Below are positions 10,787-19,852 of a stretch of 64,000 nt of DNA, one piece after another (positions within the stretch are counted from its first letter, which is position 1; each line of letters opens with the position of its first letter). The notes under the pieces are model-generated. The model was not told the DNA's origin. It did not search any database and was given only the letters and a program-made list of their open reading frames with translations. The position numbers and the translations under genes are program-made. The DNA comes from Candidatus Kapaibacterium sp. (lineage in GTDB: Bacteria > Bacteroidota > Ignavibacteria > Kapaibacteriales > UBA2268), in contig JAVSMQ010000001.1 of the NCBI GenBank assembly GCA_032027125.1, positions 3,241,620 to 3,305,619 on the forward strand, given 5' to 3'.

Positions 10787-10881
10787 ATCTCAGGTCCATA
10801 TATTTGTAAATAGCTGATTTGAAAGTTTAATTTTGTTGTTTAAAGTAGATTTTTGCGTTCTAATTTAGTAAGGAAAAAAGA

Positions 10882-12222
10882 ATGTCTTTTAAAGAAAATT
10901 TAATTAAAGCCAGAAGCCATATCATTGTAATGTTAGGCATTATAATTGCCGGTGGTATTATTGTTGTTTTAGAAATATCTAATTTTAAAAGTGGATTTGA
11001 AAAGGAAAAATCTGAAGTGGAGAATTTAGTAGTTAAAAAAACAGCAGATATTAAACCGATATCCAAAAGCGAGTTAACAGATGAGGAAATTCAGTATGCA
11101 AAAATAGCATGGAATTTCTTTGAAAATAATTATATACCCGAAACCGGCATGGTTAATTCTACTGATAACTATAATGCATCAACAATGTGGGATACCGGCT
11201 CATATTTGATGGGCTTGATTTCTGCTTATCAACTTGGAATTATTGACCAAAAAGAATTTGATATACGGCTAACAAAAATATTGACTACTTTATCAGAGTT
11301 ACCTCTTTTTGACGGTGAAATTCCCAATAAATCATACAATACTGTATCACTCGAAATGATAGATTATAATAATAAGCTGTCGCCTCGCGGGATCGGTTGG
11401 TCAGCTATAGATATAGCGAGACTATTTATCCCTTTTCATGTAATAGCATGGAAATATCCCGAGCATAACGGGGAAATTGCACAGGTTTTAAGCAAATGGA
11501 ATTTTAGGAATATAGTAAAAGACGGTTATTTGTATTGTGCTGCTGTTGATTCAAATAACAGAAGTATATATTTTCAGGAAGGACGATTGGGATATGAGGA
11601 ATATTCGGCAAAATCATTTATCCTATTAGGGATTGATGTTTTTAAAGCCTTAAATTATGTAGATTTCCTCAAGTATATAGATATTTATGGTATAAAAGTT
11701 CCTGTTGACAGTAGAGAACATACTGAATATGGTGCTCATAACTATGTAGTAAGCGAACCGTACATTTTAAATGGTTTAGAATTTGGATTTGATGAAACCG
11801 GCGAAGAGTTTGCATATAGAGTTTATAAAGCTCAGGAATTAAGATGGAAAAATACAGGCATATTAACGGCAGTCAGCGAAGACAATATTGATTTACCTCC
11901 TTATTTTGTATATAACACTGTATATTCAAGCGGAAAAGCCTGGAATTGTATAACAGATGAAGGTGTTGATGCTTCTCAATTTAAATCCCTGTCGTCTAAA
12001 GCTGCTTTTGGATGGTATGTGATATACAAAACAGATTATACAGAAAAATTGATAGATAAAATAAAGAACAATTACGATATACAGAGGGGCTGGTACTCAG
12101 GAATATACGACAAAACAAACTTACAAAACAAATCAATAACCTGTAATACAAATGCCCTGATTCTTGAATCATTGGCATACAAAAAGTTCGGTCGTTTTAT
12201 CAATATTTTAAATATCCGGTAA
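10882..12222 (+). CDS. membrane-anchored periplasmic protein, paralog 1 of 3 (putative beta-glucan-binding/glycoside-hydrolase-like, DUF3131/glycoamylase-like)
   Basis: N-terminal signal-anchor TM. Shares with 17042..18439 and 18429..19838 the blocks IAWxxFxNNY, TGxVNSxDNY, LWDxGSY, LPNKxYNT, YQEGRLGYEEY, PVDSRxxxEYGAHN, RxKNTGILTA and PYFVYxxIYxxG. Family assignment is tentative. Confidence 0.5.
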   Translation: MSFKENLIKARSHIIVMLGIIIAGGIIVVLEISNFKSGFEKEKSEVENLVVKKTADIKPISKSELTDEEIQYAKIAWNFFENNYIPETGMVNSTDNYNASTMWDTGSYLMGLISAYQLGIIDQKEFDIRLTKILTTLSELPLFDGEIPNKSYNTVSLEMIDYNNKLSPRGIGWSAIDIARLFIPFHVIAWKYPEHNGEIAQVLSKWNFRNIVKDGYLYCAAVDSNNRSIYFQEGRLGYEEYSAKSFILLGIDVFKALNYVDFLKYIDIYGIKVPVDSREHTEYGAHNYVVSEPYILNGLEFGFDETGEEFAYRVYKAQELRWKNTGILTAVSEDNIDLPPYFVYNTVYSSGKAWNCITDEGVDASQFKSLSSKAAFGWYVIYKTDYTEKLIDKIKNNYDIQRGWYSGIYDKTNLQNKSITCNTNALILESLAYKKFGRFINILNIR

Positions 12223-12512
12223 ATAACATGATGATAAAAAATAACTATCTTCCGATATCTAACATCTTCATTTCATTGGAGGCTGGAGCGACTTTCCTAA
12301 TATATCGGGACTATTTATTTTTTGTGAACATATTTGAGCAGGAGTCTGAAAATATTTTATGATTGACATTAAAAAAAATATTATCAAACATTCTTTCTTT
12401 AAATTATTATCAGTTATAACAGTCATACGGAAATATTGTTATCATTTGATGACGTATTTTGGATTATACAGTAATTCAATTATTTTTTTCTCAATAAGTT
12501 TAAGGAATAATA

Positions 12513-13790
12513 ATGGGACATAAATTATTGGATAAATTATCTTATACTTCTACTGATTCTAATAGAGATCTGAGAATTGACTTTATCAGAGGTGTTGTTA
12601 TGTTGATTCTAATAATTAATCACCTTGAATTTAAGTCATGGTACAATTTTCTATTCAGCGAAAGAATAGGTATAGTATCAGGAGGTGAAGGTTTTGTCAT
12701 ACTTGCCGGTGTTGTGATAGGGATGATAAACCGAAAAAGGTTGGAAATAAATGGTTTTGTTATTACAACTAACAAACTGATTGACAGGGCATCAACGCTT
12801 TATATGACAAATATTTCAATAATTCTGATTATAGCTGTTCTATCTTTTGTTCCTATGATTAATACAAGTTCTGTCCAGACTTTTGTTGACAAACCGGGTA
12901 AAATTATATATTCTCTGTATCCAAAACCATTGATTGATTCCATAAAAATTGAAGATTATTCAGTCAGGTTTGAGAAAGACAGCGTCGCATTTCAAATCCC
13001 GTATCTTGCAACAGATAATATTCAAACAATAGCAGCTAAAACTGTATTGTTAAGAATTGGTCCTCATCAATACCAAATCATGGGACTTTATGTCTTACTT
13101 TTGTTTTTGACACCTTTAGCATTGCTTTTAATGAAAAATAAAAGAACTGCATTACTTTTAGCTTTATCCTGGATATTATATTTGAAAAATTGGGCTTTTC
13201 CTATCACAGGTTTCCCGCCGGGAATTACGGGATGTCAGTTCGAAAGCGGATTCCCACTTCTTACCTGGCAGCTGATTTTCTTTAATGGCATGGCTGTAGG
13301 TTATCATAAGGATAAACTGGTTGAAATAATGAAGGGAAGATTCAGATTTGCCATATTAACTTTATCATGGGTTTTATTCCTGTTTTTCTTATTTCTCGCT
13401 CAAAATAATCCTGACCCTGAAAAAGTTAACTTATATAGGTTTGCAATAATTGATACAGATTTATGGGGTAAATTATATAGTGAATATTTTCAAAAAAACA
13501 CATTAGGGATACTTCGTTTAGTGAATTATTTTGCTGTCCTTATGGTGTCTTATCATTTACTTACGAAGTTTTGGAGAGTTTTCGATAAATCTCTGGGTTG
13601 GTTCTTTGTTCCTATAGGTCAGTCATCCCTTTATGTTTTTATCATTCATATCTTTATTGTATTATTAATAAATCAGTTTCCTCAATTTTGGGATAATATG
13701 TTGTTTGGAACTTTAGGGCATACGTTAGCCCTGACAATTTCATGGCTGATGGTAAAATATAAGATATTATTTAATATTATTCCCAGATGA
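12513..13790 (+). CDS. multipass integral membrane protein (possible acyltransferase-3/OpgC-like)
   Basis: 425 aa with about 10 predicted hydrophobic helices and no soluble domain. Function inferred only from locus context (an OPG-like arrangement). Confidence 0.35.
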   Translation: MGHKLLDKLSYTSTDSNRDLRIDFIRGVVMLILIINHLEFKSWYNFLFSERIGIVSGGEGFVILAGVVIGMINRKRLEINGFVITTNKLIDRASTLYMTNISIILIIAVLSFVPMINTSSVQTFVDKPGKIIYSLYPKPLIDSIKIEDYSVRFEKDSVAFQIPYLATDNIQTIAAKTVLLRIGPHQYQIMGLYVLLLFLTPLALLLMKNKRTALLLALSWILYLKNWAFPITGFPPGITGCQFESGFPLLTWQLIFFNGMAVGYHKDKLVEIMKGRFRFAILTLSWVLFLFFLFLAQNNPDPEKVNLYRFAIIDTDLWGKLYSEYFQKNTLGILRLVNYFAVLMVSYHLLTKFWRVFDKSLGWFFVPIGQSSLYVFIIHIFIVLLINQFPQFWDNMLFGTLGHTLALTISWLMVKYKILFNIIPR

Positions 13791-13943
13791 ATCCAATTAT
13801 GATTAAAGATAATATAAATATTAAAAATCCTTTATTTAAACTGAATCTTATGACTTTAGTAAAAATGAATATTTACGGGTATATTCTTTTTTATGTTTTA
13901 TTCATTACTCTTTCTCAGGACTTAAAATTTATCAGGTGCAGTT

Positions 13944-16900
13944 ATGGAAAATAATGATACGCAATTAGAAAACTTAAGACTTGCTGAACTTAGAAGTTAT
14001 GCTCTTCTGGACACTCCTGCTCAGCAAACATTTGACGATATTACTCTAATGGCAGCACAAATATGTAATTTGCCGATAGCATTGATTTCACTAGTAGATG
14101 AAAAACGTCAGTGGTTTAAATCCAAAGTAGGTCTTGACGCAGATGAAACACCCCGTGAACATGCTTTTTGTGCACATGCTATCAAAAAGCCTGATGAGTT
14201 ATTCATAGTACCTGATGCTGAAGCAGATGAACGCTTTAAAGACAATCCACTTGTGATAGGAACACCGAATGTAAGATTTTATGCCGGTGCACCATTGGTA
14301 ACTAAAAATGGATTTGCTCTGGGCACATTGTGCGTAATTGATACAATTCCAAGAGAGCTTAATGTCCAGCAGTTGAAAGCATTAGATGCTTTACGCCGAA
14401 ACGTTATTACAGCCTTTGAATTAAGAAAAGCAATGCGAGATATTAAAGACACAGAAACTGCTTTAAAGGAAAGCCTTGCACGTCAGAATGCAATTTTCAA
14501 TAATGCGGCAGATGCAATTATATCAATTGACGCTAATGGAATTATTGATTCATTTAATCCTAAAGCGGTATCGCTTTTCAAAATCTCAGCTGAAGATGCT
14601 GTCGGACTAAATATTTCTGAATTTATGCCGCCTGAACACAGTTCAAAACATAATCAATATTTGAAGAATTATTTTGAATCGAAAGATAGTAAAGTAATTG
14701 GAAAATGTAATGAATTAACCTGCAAAAAATATGACGGGTCACTATTCATCGCCGAGTTATCTGTTGGTGAATTTGATGTCAACGGAAAGAAAATGTTTAC
14801 CGGTATTATTAGAGATATTACTGAAAGAAAAGAAATTGAAAATAACTTAAAGTACAGAGAAGAAAGATACAGAAAAATTTTCGAATTATCACCTGAAGTT
14901 ATTGTCCTGTTTGATGATAAAGGTTTTATACTGGACTTAAACGACAGGTGCTTTGATTTTACAGGCTATACGAAACAAGAATTATTAAACTTACATTTAA
15001 GTCATGTACCTTTTTTTGATAAGAAATCAAAAGAAACTGTAATGTATAATTTTTCAAACAGATTGTCTAACATATCAATTCCACCTTATGAAACTGAGTA
15101 TATCCATAAGAATGGAACAATTTGTACGGGGCTGATTTCGGCAGCGTTGATTAAAAATGAGAATGAACAGAATTTACAGATATTCGCAATGATTTCCGAT
15201 ATAACTGTGAGGAAAAATAATGAAAAGCAGATTAAACAGTCAAATGATATGATGAAGGCTATAAATTCCTTAATGGGTTTATATATTAGTGAATCGCTGC
15301 AAGAAAGTGAATTGTTTGATATTCTACTGGTTAAGCTTCTTGAAATATCCTGTTCGGAATATGGTTTTATTTCAAAGGTTTTGTATGACGTAGATGCTCA
15401 GCCTTACTTTAAAACTATATCAATTACAGATTTATCTTGGAATGAAGAAGTAAGAAAGCTCTATGATTTATATAGTAATAAAGATTTGGAATTCAGAAAT
15501 CTTAATACACTTTTCGGAAGTGTATTAAAAACCAAAAAAGCAGTAATATCAAATAATCCGGAAAATGATTCAAGGAGTGGCGGTTTACCGGAAAACCATC
15601 CGCCGCTAAATGCCTTTATCGGGATTCCGATTATGAAGAGCGATGATATAATCGGATTATACGGACTTGCTAACAGAATTGGAGGTTATGACAGGGAAAC
15701 AACGGATTATCTCGAGCCGTTTACTTCTACACTTGGGTATATACTTTTGGGATTAGATGAAAAAGATAAAAGAAAGAAAGCTGAGGAAGCTCTTAGAATA
15801 AATCAAAGAGCTATTGATTCAAGCAGTAACGGTATTGTGATTGTTGATGCTAAAGATACTCATCTTCCTGTAATTTATGTTAATAAAGGTTTTGAAAAAA
15901 TTACTGGTTATAAGTCTTACGATATTATTGGAAAGAATTGTAACATTTTACAGGGAACTGACAATGATCAACCCGGAATAACAGAGATAAGAAATGCAAT
16001 AAAAAATAATAAGCATGTTACAACTGTTTTAAGAAATTACAAAAAAGACGGAACTTTGTTTTGGAATGAATTGACGATTTCGCCGATATTTGACGATAAT
16101 AAAGATATTACTCATTTTGTAGGTTTGCAAAACGATATAACAGAAAGAAAAACATCGCAGGAAAAATTAGAAGCAGCATACAGAACAATTAAAAATGATT
16201 TTGAAGCAGCAGCTCAAATACAGAGAGATTTACTGCCTAATGTGAAATATGTTATTCCCGGACTCAGTTTTAAATGGCTTTTTATTCCAAGTGTTGAAGT
16301 ATCAGGTGATATTTTCAATTATTTTCAACTTGATGAAAATATAACGGCATTCTACCTGCTTGATGTTTCAGGTCATGGAATACCGGCTGCAATGATGAGT
16401 GTAACATTAAGCAGAATGATTTCACCCTATCAAAAACCTGAATCTCTGTTGAGAATTTTAAATCCGGTAACAAATAAGTACATAATTACTCCACCTGCAG
16501 AAGTAATCAGCCATTTAAATAGTATTTACCAATCTGAATTAGATTCAATTTCTTATTTCACTATGATTTACGGGGTAATTGATTTTGGGAAAAACAAAAT
16601 TACATTTTGTCAGGCAGGCCATCCATCACCAATGTTACTGACTTCCGGTGGTGAAGTTAAATCGGTTGGTACATCAGGCTTCCCTGTAGGTATGCTTCCC
16701 GACATGAATTATGAAAATCAGGAATTTGATTTTATTAAAGGTGATAAATTATTTATATATTCAGATGGAGTTACCGAATGTTCCAATAATCAAGATATTC
16801 TCTTTTCTGAGGAATTATTTATTAAGACAATATCTGAGAATAGAAATAAGCAGATGGAAGAAATAATTGAAAATCTGAAAATAAAACTTAAAAACTGGAA

Positions 16901-16964
16901 ATCCGGTGATGATTTTGAAGATGATATAACCATATTGGCTATTGAGAGGACTTATGATGTTTAA
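13944..16964 (+). CDS. multi-sensor PP2C-type Ser phosphatase (GAF-PAS-PAS-GAF-LOV-SpoIIE/RsbU-like)
   Basis: N-terminal GAF (…CAHAIKKPDELFIVPDAEADERF…GAPL). PAS domains carrying DITERK-type PAC ends (three times). A LOV core YVNKGFEKITGYKSYDIIGKNCNILQG…FWNELTISPIFDDNKDITHFVGLQNDITERK, close to canonical GRNCRFLQG with the adduct Cys. C-terminal PP2C/SpoIIE region (DVSGHGIPAAMMSV… DDITILAI). Confidence 0.85.
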   Translation: MENNDTQLENLRLAELRSYALLDTPAQQTFDDITLMAAQICNLPIALISLVDEKRQWFKSKVGLDADETPREHAFCAHAIKKPDELFIVPDAEADERFKDNPLVIGTPNVRFYAGAPLVTKNGFALGTLCVIDTIPRELNVQQLKALDALRRNVITAFELRKAMRDIKDTETALKESLARQNAIFNNAADAIISIDANGIIDSFNPKAVSLFKISAEDAVGLNISEFMPPEHSSKHNQYLKNYFESKDSKVIGKCNELTCKKYDGSLFIAELSVGEFDVNGKKMFTGIIRDITERKEIENNLKYREERYRKIFELSPEVIVLFDDKGFILDLNDRCFDFTGYTKQELLNLHLSHVPFFDKKSKETVMYNFSNRLSNISIPPYETEYIHKNGTICTGLISAALIKNENEQNLQIFAMISDITVRKNNEKQIKQSNDMMKAINSLMGLYISESLQESELFDILLVKLLEISCSEYGFISKVLYDVDAQPYFKTISITDLSWNEEVRKLYDLYSNKDLEFRNLNTLFGSVLKTKKAVISNNPENDSRSGGLPENHPPLNAFIGIPIMKSDDIIGLYGLANRIGGYDRETTDYLEPFTSTLGYILLGLDEKDKRKKAEEALRINQRAIDSSSNGIVIVDAKDTHLPVIYVNKGFEKITGYKSYDIIGKNCNILQGTDNDQPGITEIRNAIKNNKHVTTVLRNYKKDGTLFWNELTISPIFDDNKDITHFVGLQNDITERKTSQEKLEAAYRTIKNDFEAAAQIQRDLLPNVKYVIPGLSFKWLFIPSVEVSGDIFNYFQLDENITAFYLLDVSGHGIPAAMMSVTLSRMISPYQKPESLLRILNPVTNKYIITPPAEVISHLNSIYQSELDSISYFTMIYGVIDFGKNKITFCQAGHPSPMLLTSGGEVKSVGTSGFPVGMLPDMNYENQEFDFIKGDKLFIYSDGVTECSNNQDILFSEELFIKTISENRNKQMEEIIENLKIKLKNWKSGDDFEDDITILAIERTYDV

Positions 16965-17041
16965 CTTATATAACATTATAAAATTTAATTACATATTAAT
17001 CGCTTACGAGCAAATTATCTTAAGTTAAGGAGTAAAAATTT

Positions 17042-18439
17042 ATGAAAATAATAAATGTTAAACAAAAATTGCTTGCTATATTTGTTCTGTGTATTTTTAC
17101 TTTCTGCCCGGAAAAAATTATTTCACAAAATAATCATCACGGTAAGAATGGTGCTTTAACAGAAACTGAAATGAAAATTGCAAAAATCGCCTGGAAATAT
17201 TTTCAAAATAACTATATTGAGGAAACAGGATTAGTCAATTCTGTGGACAATTATCCGACAATTACGTTATGGGACAACGGTTCCTATCTCGGAGCATTAG
17301 TTGCTGCATTCGAACTCGGAATAATTGATAATAATGAATTTGAAAAACGTATGTCTTTGTTTTTAAAAACTACCGGTAATCTGACCTTATTTAATTCTGA
17401 ACTTCCAAATAAGGTATATAATACAAAAACATTGAATAAGGTTGATTATGTAAATAAAAATAAAGATTTAGGATATTCTGCTCTGGACATAGCAAGATAT
17501 ATTTTATGGCTCAAAATCGTAAAAGAAAGATACCCGCAGTACAGTAATACAATTGATAATATAATGTTATCCTATGACTTTTCGAAAATTATTGATAGTG
17601 ATGGAAATTTATATGGCGGGAATCTCAACGAAAAAAATGAAATAAAATATTATCAGGAAGGGCGATTAGGATATGAAGAATACTGCGGAAAAATCTTTGC
17701 TCTTTGGGGATTTAATACTGCCAAGGCATCAAAACTTGAACCCTATACTACAAAAATAATATACGATATTGAAATTCCGGTAGATTCGAGAGATTCAAGG
17801 GAATATGGCGCCCATAATGCCGTACTTGCTGAATCATTTATACTTGATGGAATTGAACTTAACTGGGACTTGCCTGATGACAAATCAACAGATGATATGA
17901 AAAGTTCTGATTCAATTCTAACCAAAGAATTAGCTGATAGAATTTTTAAAGTTCAGTATGAAAGATTTAAGAATACTGGAATTCTGACGGCAAGGAGCGA
18001 ACATCAACTGGACGAATCGCCGTATTTTGTTTATGATTGTATTTATGCAAATGGATATCGCTGGAATACTATTGATACGAAAGGGAATTTTGTTCCGGAA
18101 TATGCAGCAGTTTCAACAAAAGCGGCTTTTGGATTATGGGTATTATGGAATTCATCATATTCAGACACTCTTTTTAATAATTCAGTAAATAATTATGATG
18201 CTGAAAAGGGCTTCTATGAAGGTATTTATGAAAATAACAAAAAACCTATTAAAGCATTTTCTGCCAACAATAACGGTATAATCCTGGAATGTCTTCTATA
18301 TAAGGTACAAGGTAAACTTCTAAAATATAATTCAGACATTAATTCACTTTGGGATCAAAGTATAAATGAAGGTACTGCCGATAAAAAAAGAATTCTTGAC
18401 AGACAAATAAAATATTTAAAAGGTAAAAATGAGAAATAG
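17042..18439 (+). CDS. secreted paralog 2 of 3 (DUF3131/glycoamylase-like periplasmic protein)
   Basis: Signal peptide. Shares the conserved blocks listed for 10882..12222. Confidence 0.5.
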   Translation: MKIINVKQKLLAIFVLCIFTFCPEKIISQNNHHGKNGALTETEMKIAKIAWKYFQNNYIEETGLVNSVDNYPTITLWDNGSYLGALVAAFELGIIDNNEFEKRMSLFLKTTGNLTLFNSELPNKVYNTKTLNKVDYVNKNKDLGYSALDIARYILWLKIVKERYPQYSNTIDNIMLSYDFSKIIDSDGNLYGGNLNEKNEIKYYQEGRLGYEEYCGKIFALWGFNTAKASKLEPYTTKIIYDIEIPVDSRDSREYGAHNAVLAESFILDGIELNWDLPDDKSTDDMKSSDSILTKELADRIFKVQYERFKNTGILTARSEHQLDESPYFVYDCIYANGYRWNTIDTKGNFVPEYAAVSTKAAFGLWVLWNSSYSDTLFNNSVNNYDAEKGFYEGIYENNKKPIKAFSANNNGIILECLLYKVQGKLLKYNSDINSLWDQSINEGTADKKRILDRQIKYLKGKNEK

Positions 18440-19838
18440 AATATTATCAAGATTAATCATCATAATTTTTTTATTAAATATTACAGGATTCTCCGGATGT
18501 GCTTTTGTTATTGATTCATTTGAAAGCGGAATAAATTCCATAAAGCGTGTGTTTCATACGAATAGAACCGGAACACTTGATGATAAGGAATATAAATGGG
18601 CTAAAATAGCCTGGCAGTATTTTGATAATAACTACAACAAAAATACAGGTTTGGTAAATGGCAAGGATGGATATCAAATAGCTACATTATGGAATATGTC
18701 TGATAATATAATGGCACTTATGGCAGCCTATGATTTGAAAATAATCAGTGAACACGAATTTGAAGGAAAACTCAGTAACCAGCTTAGATTCTTAAGTAAT
18801 ATGCAGCTTTGCAGTAATCTTCTGCCTAACAGAACATATAACACAGTCACCGGATTAATGGTTGATTATTCATGGAATCCTGGTGAATCCGGATGGGATG
18901 CTGTTGATATAGGCAGAATGTTGATTGTTTTGAAAATACTTGCCCAAAAGCATTCGCAATATAATGAATTTATTGATAAAATTGTTTTAAGGTGGGACTT
19001 ATGTTCGGCAGTTGATTCAGATGGTAATCTATTAAGCAGCAGTAAATGGAATAATTCGATTTCTGCATATCAGGATGGATATATCGGAACTAAAGAATAT
19101 ATTTCCAGAGGTTTTCAGGCTTGGGGTTATAATGTAAAAAAAGCAGGTAAATTTGAAAATTTCAACAAGGAAATCATTTTCAAAAAAGTTCTTTTTGTTG
19201 ATGGAAGAGATGAACGGTTAACAAAAAGTATAAATTCATTAGTTAGTTCCCATTATTTACTTGATAGGATTGAATTTGATAATCAGAACTTTGGTTCGAT
19301 TAAGGAAATTGATTATTTAGAAATTGATGACAGATACAAAATTCAAACTGAAAATATTTACAAGATACAGAAAATGAGATTTGAAATTGATAAAGTTATG
19401 ACTGCAAGAAACACTTATCAAAGTAATTCCGAACCTTTTATAATTTATAACACAATTTTTGGAAATGGATATACTTGGAATGTTTTAGACCCGAATGGTA
19501 AATATTTGAAAAATAAGGCACTCATTTCAACACAATCAGTGTTTAGTATGTGGGTTTTATGGGATGACTATTATACTGATGAACTAATGAACTTTATGAA
19601 GAATGCATTTGACCCATTATCCGGCTGGTATGAAGGCAGGTATGAATCATCAAGCAGTTTTGAAACAACAATTGTTAGTTCCACAAATGCTGTGATTCTT
19701 GAATCGTTATGGTTTAAAACTAATGGAAGATTATATGAGCAGACTGATATAAGCAATTCATATTATCTCAAATCCATTACAAGTGAATTATCAAATAAAA
19801 CCGGTTGCATTGGTAAGATTAGAAAAATATCAAAATAA
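18429..19838 (+). CDS. lipoprotein paralog 3 of 3 (DUF3131/glycoamylase-like periplasmic protein)
   Basis: Signal peptide with a Cys (…ITGFSGC). Shares the paralog blocks (IAWQYFDNNY, LWNMSDN, LPNRTYNT, YQDGYIGTKEY). Overlaps the previous gene by 11 bp. Confidence 0.5.
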   Translation: MRNRILSRLIIIIFLLNITGFSGCAFVIDSFESGINSIKRVFHTNRTGTLDDKEYKWAKIAWQYFDNNYNKNTGLVNGKDGYQIATLWNMSDNIMALMAAYDLKIISEHEFEGKLSNQLRFLSNMQLCSNLLPNRTYNTVTGLMVDYSWNPGESGWDAVDIGRMLIVLKILAQKHSQYNEFIDKIVLRWDLCSAVDSDGNLLSSSKWNNSISAYQDGYIGTKEYISRGFQAWGYNVKKAGKFENFNKEIIFKKVLFVDGRDERLTKSINSLVSSHYLLDRIEFDNQNFGSIKEIDYLEIDDRYKIQTENIYKIQKMRFEIDKVMTARNTYQSNSEPFIIYNTIFGNGYTWNVLDPNGKYLKNKALISTQSVFSMWVLWDDYYTDELMNFMKNAFDPLSGWYEGRYESSSSFETTIVSSTNAVILESLWFKTNGRLYEQTDISNSYYLKSITSELSNKTGCIGKIRKISK

Positions 19839-19852
19839 AACAGGAAATAATT

